From Desulfosalsimonadaceae bacterium (GTDB taxonomy: Bacteria > Desulfobacterota > Desulfobacteria > Desulfobacterales > Desulfosalsimonadaceae), in assembly GCA_046498365.1 (NCBI GenBank), contig JAWOAV010000002.1, forward strand, positions 1 to 61,740: a DNA stretch of 61,740 nt, given 5' to 3'. The notes under the pieces were generated by a model. It did not search any database and was not told where the DNA came from. It saw nothing but the letters and a program-made list of their open reading frames with translations. This document shows positions 38,703 through 48,015 of the stretch, piece by piece. Positions within the stretch are counted from its first letter, which is position 1; every line of letters starts with the position of its first letter. Made by a program: the position numbers and the translations under genes.

Positions 38703-39703
38703 CAGCCGGATCGCCTCAACAAGTAAATAAACAACGGCGCGCCCACCATGGCGGTAATGACGCCGACCGGCATCTCACCGTGGCGGGGCAGGATTCTTGC
38801 CAGCAGGTCGCACAGCACCATGTACCCGGCGCCGCCGAAAATACATGCCGGGACGAGCTCCCGGTGATCCGAGCCCAGAAGGAGGCGCAAAAGGTGCGGG
38901 ACGACCAGCCCCACGAACGCGATCAATCCGACCTGGGCCACTGTCATGGATATCATAAAAGACGTGAGCATCAGCAGGCCGATCGTCGCGAGCTTCACGT
39001 TGACCCCCATGGAATGGGCCATGTCTTTGCCCATGAGCAAAAGGTTCATGGTATGCGAAATCCAGAAAATAACGATAAAACATGGCAGCACGGCGGCGGC
39101 GAGGTACGTGATTTCAACGGGTCCCGAGGACGAAAGATCCCCCATGAGCCAAAACATGATATTGTGAAGCCTGGAATCCATGGAAAGCGAAATCAGAAAC
39201 ATGATGACCGCGCTGCAGAACGCATTGACCATCACCCCGGAAAGGAGCAGGGATTCTTTTTTCATCATCGCGGAACCCGAAGCAATTCCCAAAACCAGGA
39301 ATAGGGTCGCCATGCCGCCGGCAAACGCAAGCATTCCCGTTCCTGCGAAACCGGTAAGGCCAAGCATGATGCCGATAATGGCACCGATGGCCGCACCCCC
39401 TGAAATCCCCAGAATATAGGGTTCGGCCAGGGGATTTCGCAACAGCGCCTGGAACACGAGGCCACCTACCGACAAAACTGCCCCCACAATGGCCGCCAGC
39501 ATTACCCTGGGAAAACGGATATCCCAGACAATGGCGTGGGCCGTGGTTCCGGGTTCATTGATGGCCCTTGCGGTTTCCACAATGGCGGACCATCCCGCAC
39601 CGGATGACCCCATGGAAACCCCGAGAAACATGGCCGCGACCAAAAAAACGGCCGCCGCTGCCGTCACCAGGGCAATGCGTTTCAGTACCGAAGGTACAAT
39701 CAT
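38702..39703 (-). CDS. FecCD/BtuC-family ABC permease
   Basis: ATG at 39703 chosen, because the ORF-track start at 39769 runs into repeat B2. Polytopic, with the RNPLAEPYILGISGGAA motif. Confidence 0.85.
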   Translation of the reverse strand: MIVPSVLKRIALVTAAAAVFLVAAMFLGVSMGSSGAGWSAIVETARAINEPGTTAHAIVWDIRFPRVMLAAIVGAVLSVGGLVFQALLRNPLAEPYILGISGGAAIGAIIGIMLGLTGFAGTGMLAFAGGMATLFLVLGIASGSAMMKKESLLLSGVMVNAFCSAVIMFLISLSMDSRLHNIMFWLMGDLSSSGPVEITYLAAAVLPCFIVIFWISHTMNLLLMGKDMAHSMGVNVKLATIGLLMLTSFMISMTVAQVGLIAFVGLVVPHLLRLLLGSDHRELVPACIFGGAGYMVLCDLLARILPRHGEMPVGVITAMVGAPLFIYLLRRSG

Positions 39704-39732
39704 ATCATTTGACGAAATGGTATTTTTAAAGG

Positions 39733-39912
39733 TTGATGAACTCGTAAAAAGTCGATTTTCAGATGGCACCTTAAAAAGTTCAAGATCAAGGCTTGCGTGA
39801 TTTCGAAGAATGCAGCGTACTTATCCGTACGTGTATGTCTACAAGGCGTAAGCCGCAAATTCTGAGAAATCACGCGTAACGCAGATATTGGACTTTTTAC
39901 GACGCCATCAAG
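39733..39912. repeat. Intergenic repeat family B, copy 2 (longer variant), between the binding-protein and permease genes
   Basis: TIR CGTAAAAAGTC (39743-39753) pairs with GACTTTTTACG (39891-39901). Flanks match copies 1 and 3 but the inner stem sequence differs. Confidence 0.8.
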
Positions 39913-39913
39913 G

Positions 39914-40846
39914 TTATTCAAACAACTGCGGATGAAGCAGTTGTGCCAGTTCCTCAAGGCCGCTGACAAGCCTGGGGGAAGGACGGTCGTACAGGTCGGA
40001 ATCCACCATGTATATGCGCCCATCGCGCACCGCGGGCAGATTCTCCCATTGCTGCCATTCCTGTATGACAGCATCGAACACTTTCTGGCGCGCCATGGAC
40101 GTCAAAATCATGACATCCGGTGACAGGGCCAACACTTCCTCCTTGGAAAACATCGGATATCGGGTGAAGCTGCCGGCCGCATTTTTGCCTCCTGCCCGCT
40201 CGATGAGCTCATGGATAAACGTCCCGGAACCGGCGGAAACGATGGGAGACACGCCGATCTGAAAAAACACGGAGGGTTTTTCCGATGCTCCGGAAACAAT
40301 CTCTTGGACACGCTTCATCCGCTGTTTCATATCCGAAACCAAGCGCTCCGCCTCGTCTTCCGCCCGCAGCAGGTCGCCGATATCATAAATGGAACGGATC
40401 ACCGCGTCGATTTCCATGGGATGTATGGCAAAAACAGGAATTCCCATGGCTTCAATGCGTTGAACCACCGAAAGCGGGTTGCCGTCCTTTATGGCGATAC
40501 ACAAATCCGGCGACAGGGAAACGATTTTTTCGACATCCAGCTTTACGTACGACCCCACCGAGGGAAGCCGGGCTGCAGCCTCCGGATAATTGCTGAACCG
40601 GGTGACCCCCACCAGCAGGTCTTCCCGCTCCAGCGCGAAAACGATTTCCGTAATGGAGGGGGCCAGTGCCACCACCCGCCCGGGGGAAACCGGCACCCGG
40701 ACTTCCTTTCCGGACTGGTCCGTTAGCGTCTTTGTTTCAGCGGCTGTCCCCCCGATTGGCGCCAACAGAATTGCCATTGCCAATGCGGCAAGAATGATCC
40801 GCAGCCCCTTGGGGGTATTTTTGTCGTTTGTTTTTTGGCAATTCAT
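39914..40846 (-). CDS. Periplasmic binding protein of the FecB/BtuF (PF01497-like) class
   Basis: Signal peptide, then RVVALAPSITEIVFAL...VGVT..SNYP and PDL pattern. Confidence 0.8.
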   Translation of the reverse strand: MNCQKTNDKNTPKGLRIILAALAMAILLAPIGGTAAETKTLTDQSGKEVRVPVSPGRVVALAPSITEIVFALEREDLLVGVTRFSNYPEAAARLPSVGSYVKLDVEKIVSLSPDLCIAIKDGNPLSVVQRIEAMGIPVFAIHPMEIDAVIRSIYDIGDLLRAEDEAERLVSDMKQRMKRVQEIVSGASEKPSVFFQIGVSPIVSAGSGTFIHELIERAGGKNAAGSFTRYPMFSKEEVLALSPDVMILTSMARQKVFDAVIQEWQQWENLPAVRDGRIYMVDSDLYDRPSPRLVSGLEELAQLLHPQLFE

Positions 40847-40848
40847 GT

Positions 40849-41006
40849 TTGATAAATTCGTAAAAAGTCGTTTTCAGACGGCTTTGTAAAATGTTCAAGA
40901 TCAAGGCGCGTGCAATTTTTGAAGAATCGATAGTACTTCGCCGTACGTGAGATTCTTCAAAAATTGTGCGCAACGCAGATATTGGACTTTTTACGAAGCC
41001 GTCATG
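40849..41006. repeat. Intergenic repeat family B, copy 3
   Basis: Almost identical to 8131-8288. TIR at 40859-40869 and 40985-40995. Confidence 0.85.
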
Positions 41007-41136
41007 TTTGTGTTGAAATCCCGCACTTTTTTTTGTTGCCGAACCATTCAACCGACACCCGGATGCCGGTAAGGATATCACAGCCCCGCCGAAGTTCCAT
41101 CACTTTTTTTCGTCGGGGATACAACACCTTGACCCG

Positions 41137-41165
41137 TTGACATTTTGCTGATAGTTATCTATAGG
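41137..41165 (+). promoter_or_regulatory. Candidate sigma70-type promoter for the EHD-like ATPase operon
   Basis: TTGACA (41137-41142), 17-nt spacer, TATAGG (41160-41165), ~110 nt upstream of the ATG at 41275. Confidence 0.45.
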
Positions 41166-41274
41166 CAGTCTCGTAAGACAACCCGCTTTCGATACCCGCC
41201 GCTTTTCCCCGGATCGAAAGCCGCGCATCCGCAGGGGTACGGTTTTTTTAACGCATTCATCTGGCTGGAGGAAA

Positions 41275-42732
41275 ATGTACCGGGAAAACTACATCAATTC
41301 ACTGCGCACGGAAATGGTGGACATGGTGAGGGTGTATCTCTCTCCCGTCGCCCTGAAATACGGTTACAGCGATGTCCCCCTCGAAACCACGATCAAATGG
41401 CGCCCCATGGTTCTTATTCTCGGAAATTACTCTTCCGGCAAATCCACACTGATCAATGAGTTTCTGGGTGCGGACATACAGGCAGTAGGCCAGGCCCCGA
41501 CGGACGACTCCTTTACGATCATCACCTATGACGAGGCGGCCGCAACCGATGACCCCATCGACACCACCGAAGTCCGCGACGGCAAATTCCTTCTCAACGA
41601 TCCGGAGTACCCCTTTGAAATTCTCAAAAAACACGGCCACCGGTTTGCCGCTCATTTCAGGCTCAAAAAGGTCAATTCCCCGTTTCTGCGCAACCTGGCA
41701 CTCATCGACACGCCGGGAATGCTTGACAGCATCACGGAACGCGACCGGGGATACAATTACCAGGACGTGATCGGCGACATGGCCCAGCTTGCCGACCTGG
41801 TACTGGTCCTTTTTGACCCGCACAAGGCGGGAACCGTTCGAGAATCCCACACCAGCCTACGGGAGACCATTTCAACCCGGACATTTGAGGACCGGGTCCT
41901 TTTCGTGTTGAACCGTATAGACGAATGCGCTTCTCTTGCCGACCTATTGCAGGTGTACGGAACTCTTTGCTGGAATCTTTCCCAGATAACCGGCAGAAAA
42001 GACATCCCCACGATCAACCTGACCTATTCGTCGTGTGCCGCCACCGCCGCGCAGGCGCGCGACCCGGAATCCACCAGTTTTCTCTATCATCTGCAGAACC
42101 AACGGAAAATGCTGAAAAAATCCGTACTGGAAGCCCCCCAGAGAAGGCTGGACAACCTTGCCACCTTTATTGAAACCCATTCGGAACGCCTCGACCATTT
42201 TCTGGAAGCGCTCATCAATTACCGGGTTCGTCTTCGGAAGCGTCGCTTCCGTTTCTGGATCGCAGGTACTGCCGCGGGAATCCTTTTCGGAGGCATCGCT
42301 GCCGCCCTGGCGGCCAATTCAGAGCGCTTCGAGCAAATGCTGGAACCCCCTGTTGTGGGCGTCGGGGTGGCGGTTTTCCTTTTGTTTATCGTTGTGTGGC
42401 AGTTTTTGCCCATACGAATCATGCAGCGCTTTTACCATCGAAAACAGATGAAGCATATCGACCAGCTGATTCCCCTTGGCAGTCAAACCCGGAAAGACAG
42501 TTGGCAGGCGGTGCGGGGTCTGGTTTCCGACTACCTTTCCAGGACCAGGGGTCATTTTTCAATGGCCGAGGTGAAAAACGAATACAAATCCATCCACAAG
42601 GTTTATATCGAAGGCACAAGGGAAGTCCGAACCGCGTTAAACGAGGTCTCGGATATCATGAGAAACGGCAGGGAAGAAAAAGACTCCGGCCACGGTGAAG
42701 ACGAGCAATGTCAAACCGCGTCACCGCTATAA
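41275..42732 (+). CDS. EHD-like dynamin-superfamily NTPase with a C-terminal hydrophobic hairpin
   Basis: PMVLILGNYSSGKSTLI (P-loop), APTDDSF, LIDTPGML...RGYNY, LVLVLFDPHKA, FVLNRID and LLQVYGTLCWNL follow the eukaryotic EHD G-domain pattern as I recall it. Hydrophobic segments: WIAGTAAGILFGGIAAALAA and VVGVGVAVFLLFIVVW. Confidence 0.7.
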   Translation: MYRENYINSLRTEMVDMVRVYLSPVALKYGYSDVPLETTIKWRPMVLILGNYSSGKSTLINEFLGADIQAVGQAPTDDSFTIITYDEAAATDDPIDTTEVRDGKFLLNDPEYPFEILKKHGHRFAAHFRLKKVNSPFLRNLALIDTPGMLDSITERDRGYNYQDVIGDMAQLADLVLVLFDPHKAGTVRESHTSLRETISTRTFEDRVLFVLNRIDECASLADLLQVYGTLCWNLSQITGRKDIPTINLTYSSCAATAAQARDPESTSFLYHLQNQRKMLKKSVLEAPQRRLDNLATFIETHSERLDHFLEALINYRVRLRKRRFRFWIAGTAAGILFGGIAAALAANSERFEQMLEPPVVGVGVAVFLLFIVVWQFLPIRIMQRFYHRKQMKHIDQLIPLGSQTRKDSWQAVRGLVSDYLSRTRGHFSMAEVKNEYKSIHKVYIEGTREVRTALNEVSDIMRNGREEKDSGHGEDEQCQTASPL

Positions 42733-43343
42733 CACCGCAGAAGAAACGCCGCCAGCGGTATAATGTCTTCCTTGACGGCGAGTACGCGTTTTCGCTGTCC
42801 GCAAAGCTGGCGCTGGCAATCACCCCGGAAGACGTTTTAAGTGAACAGCGGATCAATGAACTCAAAAACGCCGATGAAATCGAATGCGCTTTTGAAAAGG
42901 CCTTGTACTACCTGAAATTCCGGCCACGAAGCACGGCTGAAATATCCCGGTATCTTGCCGGCAAAAATTTTGGGGGAAAGTCCATCGAGGCGGCCCTGCA
43001 GCGACTTCGACACTACGAGTATATCGATGACGCCGCATTTGCTGATTTCTGGGTGGAAAGCAGAAAAAAAGGCAATCCAAAAGGCCTGTTTGCCCTGCGC
43101 TACGAACTCAGAGAAAAAGGGATAGACAAGGCGCTCATTGAAAACGCCCTTTCCCGGTACAATGAATTGGAGCCGGCATGGCAGGCCGTATCATCAAGGC
43201 TCGGGGGCTGGTCGAAGCTCCCGGAATTCGAGCTGAAAGTAAAAATATACAATTTTCTCAAGCAGCGGGGTTTTGCCCTGGATACATGTGAAACCGTATT
43301 TGCCAGGGCGGCCGGACAGATAACCGCTGAAAACGAGCCCTGA
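42708..43343 (+). CDS. recX: RecX family regulatory protein
   Basis: RYNVFLDGEYAFSL..., ALYYLKFRPRSTAEISRYL, HYEYIDDAAFADFWVESR, LRYELREKGID. Three-repeat RecX pattern. The start overlaps the previous gene by 25 nt. Confidence 0.8.
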   Translation: MSNRVTAITPQKKRRQRYNVFLDGEYAFSLSAKLALAITPEDVLSEQRINELKNADEIECAFEKALYYLKFRPRSTAEISRYLAGKNFGGKSIEAALQRLRHYEYIDDAAFADFWVESRKKGNPKGLFALRYELREKGIDKALIENALSRYNELEPAWQAVSSRLGGWSKLPEFELKVKIYNFLKQRGFALDTCETVFARAAGQITAENEP

Positions 43344-43357
43344 TTCCGCCCCCGGAC

Positions 43358-44161
43358 CTATTTTTTCTTCTTTTCGCCGTTTCTTCGCGCGAGCTCCGCT
43401 GCGACCGCCATGTAATCCTGCGTTCCATTGCAGCTTTTCTTGTAGAACACAACGGGCTTGCCCGCATCCGAACTGGCCGCAATGTCGGTATTCACCCGTA
43501 TGGGCGTCGCAAATGTATAGGGCCTGTAGCGCTTGTCCGACTGGAGCCGCTCCAGTATGTCCCGGCCCACCCGGGTCCGGCCGTCGAAAAAGGTGGGGAC
43601 GATTCCGACCACAGCGATATCCGGATTGATATCTTCTTTCACCGCTTCAATCGTGTCAAAAAGCGCTTCCAGCGCCCCGTAGGCATACGGATGGGTCTGG
43701 CACGGCACCAGCACTTCCCTTGCCAGGGCAAACACATTGATGGTCAACAGCGACAGGCTGGGCGGAGTATCGATGATAACGAAGTCATATTTGTTGATTA
43801 CATCCGCGACGGCGTCTTTCAAACGGTTTTCCCTGCCATCCTCCTCGACGAGCTCCACTTCCGCCCCGGAAAGATCCGGATGCGACGGTAGCAGGTGGAT
43901 GTTCTCCCAGGAGGTTTCCACGATGGCGTCCAGGGAGGAATGATCGGCTGGTTCACTGATCAGGTCATACACGTTAACCATGTCGTCATTGACCTTGACC
44001 CCCAGGCCACTGGTCGCATTGTGCTGGGGATCCATATCCACGATCAGCACTTTTTTCCCCGTAATTGCCATGGCCGCACCGAGATTGACAACCATGGCGG
44101 TTTTTCCCACCCCGCCCTTTTCGTTCGCCACGGCCATCAACCTGGTCTTGTTTGCTGGCAT
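43358..44161 (-). CDS. ParA/MinD-type ATPase (orphan; no ParB seen)
   Basis: ATG at 44161 with an AAGGAGG Shine-Dalgarno. Deviant Walker A NEKGGVGKT, then VDMDPQ. Confidence 0.85.
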   Translation of the reverse strand: MPANKTRLMAVANEKGGVGKTAMVVNLGAAMAITGKKVLIVDMDPQHNATSGLGVKVNDDMVNVYDLISEPADHSSLDAIVETSWENIHLLPSHPDLSGAEVELVEEDGRENRLKDAVADVINKYDFVIIDTPPSLSLLTINVFALAREVLVPCQTHPYAYGALEALFDTIEAVKEDINPDIAVVGIVPTFFDGRTRVGRDILERLQSDKRYRPYTFATPIRVNTDIAASSDAGKPVVFYKKSCNGTQDYMAVAAELARRNGEKKKK

Positions 44162-44213
44162 GCGCAACCTCCTTTTTTCGTGTTTGCATCCATTCACATA
44201 GACGACCAAGCCG

Positions 44214-46448
44214 CTATAGGCTTTCCTGAATGTTTTCCATCTTTTCTTTGACGGCAACAAGCCTGGACTGGACATCGTCTATAGCGCTGATTGTGCTTCC
44301 CTTAACGTCCCGGTTTTCATCCGCCACGCGTTTGAGCTGCAAAAGATCGGCCTGGTAGCCGGAAAACCGGTTGACCATCTGGAATCGCATCTCTTCTGAA
44401 ATGCTTTCTATCAATTTGAAAAAATACTGGAACTTAATGTTTTCCTTGTAGCTTTTAAAATAAAATACCAGGGAGGCTTCGGTTTCTTTCTTTACACGCC
44501 GGACCCCGGCCTTTAACGCCGGAAGATCCCTGTTTTCAGGACTGCCGGAGCGTTTAAACAACTGCTTCACGCCGCTTGTAAACCGGTAAAAACCCAGCTT
44601 CAGGAATGCTTCGGTTTTCAGCGTGCCGGAATAGTCAAGGGTCGCTACAGCAGATGGTACGGAGAGCCCCCTGCTTTTTTTTATCGTTGACAAATCAATG
44701 GATGGGGACATTTCTTCGATGGCAGATCGATCTCTCTCACCAGTAGCGTGAGAGAAATCGCTGCTGTCGGCTTCGCGTATCATTTTCCGGAAAGGGGCGT
44801 CCAGAGATTCAAAATACCTTGCGATCTCCCCCTCCCGGCTCTTTATGAAGCCGATCATCACCGGATTAACATTTTCGGCCATGTACCGGTCAAGGTCCTG
44901 CTTGAAGGCCTGGAAAACGGAAAACAGGGCGTCTGAAAAATCCCCCTTTTCAAGCAGCGGCCGGAATGCGTCATAGGAAACATGATACCCCCGGACAAAC
45001 TCGATAATCCCCGGCACGAGGTTCCCGTGACGAATATCAAAAAACTTGTCCACCCCGGACGTTATCTCTTTTTTCAATTGCGAGACCGCCCCGTCCATGG
45101 TTGTCTGGATCATGGACCGGACATGGTCGGCCTCCTGCTGCACTTTTCCGATTTTATCCAGAAGACCCGCAGCCCCCGCATTATCTGTTGTCAAAACATC
45201 CCGGCTGATTTTCAGCCATTCCCCCAGGCCCCGCACCACGTCATTGAGGCAATGCATCTGGTTTTTGAGCAGTATGGAAAAGCGCTGTTCGGTAATCATT
45301 TTACGAAAATCTTCCTGAAAACGCTTTTCCTCCTGGCGGGAGAAGGAAACCAGTTCGTTGTCCGCCTCCCACTGTGCAAGGCGCATGCGGTCCTTTTCCG
45401 CAAGATCGCTCCTGGTAGACGAAAAAAGCGAAAAGAGCGAGGAAAAAATATAAATGGAAGGATCGGATATCATCAGTTCCAGTTCTTCGCGGACATGACC
45501 GGCAACCCGCTCGAGATCTGCCACAGACTCGTGTTCGCTGAAATCCGCATTCACAACGAAGAGCACATGGCTCATGCCGGCCATATTCTTTATCATGGTC
45601 AAAAATGTAATGTCCGCCTGTCGGAGACCGGTCCGGCTGCTGATGATGTAGACCACCAGATCAGCGCTCTGCAGATAATCCTGTATCATGGCAAGGTGAA
45701 GGGGGTTTGGCGAATCGCTTCCCTGGCAGTCCGCAATTTCGATATTGGTTTCAAGGGAGTCGGCCGGAATTTCAAGCTTCAAGTCCTTGAGAAACGCGGA
45801 AAGGTATTCGGAACCCGAAAAATCGCGGTGCCGTCCAAATTCATCCTTTTCGTAATAAACGGCACTGTTGTCATCGGAAACGATTTCTTTTACATCCGGA
45901 TATCCCCTCAGGTACGCGCCAAGCAGCACGTGATCCATATTCCGGGTGTCATTGCTCAGAAGGTATTTCGATTCGAGGTTTTCCAGCGCGCTTTCAAGCC
46001 ATCGGCGATGGTTGGCGTCGCGTAGGTCAAAAGGTTCCTTTCCCGGCCGCATGCCGGCGGCAAAAAAAATACGAAGAGACTGGGTGATTTCTTCGTTAAT
46101 TTCTCCCCATGACTTGAAATACAGCACGGCCCTCAGGTTGTCGGCGGCGCGAACCTTCGTCACGATGGAAGTAATAACGCCGGCACCCCTTTTCAGGTGG
46201 TCCCCTGAAAAAAGGCTGTTGATAAAGGTGCTTTTCCCGGATTTGATGGTGCCGACAGCGGCCATACGCAAAAGATCGTCTTCAAGGCGATCTTCACAGG
46301 TTTGACACATCCCCATCCAGTCGGAAATCATTCCCCCCGACGGCGTGGGGGCGGCTTTTCCGGCATCCGCGACCAGTTCCCGGACGTCCCTTACGATATC
46401 TACCAATTGCGCTTTTATGGAGGCTTCGTACATATATTCCTGCAACAA
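44214..46448 (-). CDS. Bacterial dynamin-like protein (large GTPase)
   Basis: 744 aa. P-loop GTIKSGKSTFINSLF with a dynamin_N-like layout (DCQG for G3, VVNAD for G4), followed by a long helical stalk region. Confidence 0.7.
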   Translation of the reverse strand: MLQEYMYEASIKAQLVDIVRDVRELVADAGKAAPTPSGGMISDWMGMCQTCEDRLEDDLLRMAAVGTIKSGKSTFINSLFSGDHLKRGAGVITSIVTKVRAADNLRAVLYFKSWGEINEEITQSLRIFFAAGMRPGKEPFDLRDANHRRWLESALENLESKYLLSNDTRNMDHVLLGAYLRGYPDVKEIVSDDNSAVYYEKDEFGRHRDFSGSEYLSAFLKDLKLEIPADSLETNIEIADCQGSDSPNPLHLAMIQDYLQSADLVVYIISSRTGLRQADITFLTMIKNMAGMSHVLFVVNADFSEHESVADLERVAGHVREELELMISDPSIYIFSSLFSLFSSTRSDLAEKDRMRLAQWEADNELVSFSRQEEKRFQEDFRKMITEQRFSILLKNQMHCLNDVVRGLGEWLKISRDVLTTDNAGAAGLLDKIGKVQQEADHVRSMIQTTMDGAVSQLKKEITSGVDKFFDIRHGNLVPGIIEFVRGYHVSYDAFRPLLEKGDFSDALFSVFQAFKQDLDRYMAENVNPVMIGFIKSREGEIARYFESLDAPFRKMIREADSSDFSHATGERDRSAIEEMSPSIDLSTIKKSRGLSVPSAVATLDYSGTLKTEAFLKLGFYRFTSGVKQLFKRSGSPENRDLPALKAGVRRVKKETEASLVFYFKSYKENIKFQYFFKLIESISEEMRFQMVNRFSGYQADLLQLKRVADENRDVKGSTISAIDDVQSRLVAVKEKMENIQESL

Positions 46449-46652
46449 TATCGAATAAATAAAAAAAGCAAACCCCTAAACCGTGGAAAATGCTTTTTAT
46501 CGCATTATGCGACCCGGTTGTCAAAAGGAATCTCTTGACCGGTACCCGAAACAAGCTTGCTGAAACAAGAAAAGCCGCTTGTGAAAAAACCGGCCATATT
46601 GTATGATTTTAATCTACTGGTCCGAAACCGCTTTCCCCATTTGAGAAAAGCC

Positions 46653-47999
46653 ATGCCCGAAGCAAATTTTGACCATTTATCAACCATGCGCAGGGATGCA
46701 GAATCCATTTTTTCCGCAGGGGTAAAAGCGGTTACAGGAGACCGGGCGATTTTTCAGCACTGCCGCATGGAGGGGTCGGTTTTTCATGCATGCGGGATTT
46801 GTTTTGATCTGAATCGCTTTGACCGGATCTGGGTGGCCGGCGCGGGAAAGGCCTCCGCCCCCATGGCGGACGCGATCGAAAAACAGATCAACGAAAAGAT
46901 TGCCGGCGGCGTCGTAAGCGTCAAGCGCGGCCACGATCTGCAACTGGAAAAAATACGCACCATTGAAGCGGGGCACCCGGTTTTTGACCACAACAGCGTG
47001 CTTGCCGCCGAAGAAATCCTGTCCCTTGCAACTTCCGCCGGCCCGGAAGACCTTGTTATCTTCCTGCTGTCCGGGGGCGGCTCCGCACTCATGGCAAAAC
47101 CGGCGCCACCCGTGACGCCGGCCGAAAAGCAGGAAGCCGTAAAGCATCTGCTCTTGTGCGGTGCCGACATTCATGAAATCAATGCCATCCGGAAGCACAT
47201 CTCCGTTGTAAAAGGGGGGAGGCTTGCCCGGGCGGCCTACCCGGCGACGCTTCTGACCCTGATTGTTTCCGATGTTGTGGGGGACCGGCTCGATGTAATC
47301 GGCTCAGGCCCTACGGTACCGGATGCCTCCACGTATGCCGACTGTCTTCGCATCATTCAACACTACGGGCTTTCCGGCAAGCTTGCCGAAAACATCGTTT
47401 CCATCCTGGAAAACGGTGCAAGCGGCTCCCGGTCGGAAACACCGCGGGCGGATGACCCGGTATTTGAAAAATCATACGCCCGGATCGTCGCCGCCAACGG
47501 CACAGCCCTGGAAGCCGCACGAGGAAAAGCGGCGTCACTAGGTTACAACACCATCATCCTTTCTTCCATGATTGAAGGGGACACCCGCGCTGCCGCCCGT
47601 CTTCTGTCCTCCGTCGCAAAAGAGGCCAAAAAGTCCGGAAACCCGGTACGCCCCCCCGCCTGCATCCTTTCCGGCGGGGAGACAACCGTCGTGGTCAAAG
47701 GCGCTGGCAAGGGCGGGAGGAACCAGGAATTCGCCCTGGAAGCCGCCCTTGACATAGCGGGCATGGAAAATACGGTTGTATTGTGCGGCGGCACGGATGG
47801 CACCGACGGCCCCACGGATGCGGCAGGCGGGATCGTGGACGGGCAAACGATCCAAAGGGCCGAAAAGCAGGGCATCAATGCAGAAACTTTCCTGGAAAAC
47901 AATGATTCCTATCATTTTCTGCAGCGGACCGGTGACCTTTTCGTCACCGGCCCCACCGGAACCAACGTAATGGATCTTCGCATCTTTCTTGTTAGGTAA
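46653..47999 (+). CDS. Glycerate 2-kinase / hydroxypyruvate reductase-like (DUF4147 + MOFRL family)
   Basis: ATG at 46653 within ORF 46557..47999. VAGAGKAS, LLSGGGSAL, SGGETTV...GKGGRNQE, GTDGTDGPTD. Confidence 0.8.
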   Translation: MPEANFDHLSTMRRDAESIFSAGVKAVTGDRAIFQHCRMEGSVFHACGICFDLNRFDRIWVAGAGKASAPMADAIEKQINEKIAGGVVSVKRGHDLQLEKIRTIEAGHPVFDHNSVLAAEEILSLATSAGPEDLVIFLLSGGGSALMAKPAPPVTPAEKQEAVKHLLLCGADIHEINAIRKHISVVKGGRLARAAYPATLLTLIVSDVVGDRLDVIGSGPTVPDASTYADCLRIIQHYGLSGKLAENIVSILENGASGSRSETPRADDPVFEKSYARIVAANGTALEAARGKAASLGYNTIILSSMIEGDTRAAARLLSSVAKEAKKSGNPVRPPACILSGGETTVVVKGAGKGGRNQEFALEAALDIAGMENTVVLCGGTDGTDGPTDAAGGIVDGQTIQRAEKQGINAETFLENNDSYHFLQRTGDLFVTGPTGTNVMDLRIFLVR

Positions 48000-48015
48000 A
48001 CCTTCAATGCGCCCT

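Noticed and set aside
39704-39769. The ORF-track start (39769) of the FecCD/BtuC permease.
   Set aside because: The first 22 codons run into repeat element B2, and similar peptides arise wherever the repeat occurs. ATG 39703 gives a normal 333-aa permease.
40847-41136. A possible cobalamin riboswitch upstream of the BtuF/FecB-type importer operon.
   Set aside because: I read the minus strand of this leader and found no B12 box (GCCACTG-like core) and no characteristic GGTG..AATCC..CCCGC segments. Most of the leader is repeat B3. A covariance-model scan (Rfam RF00174) would be decisive.
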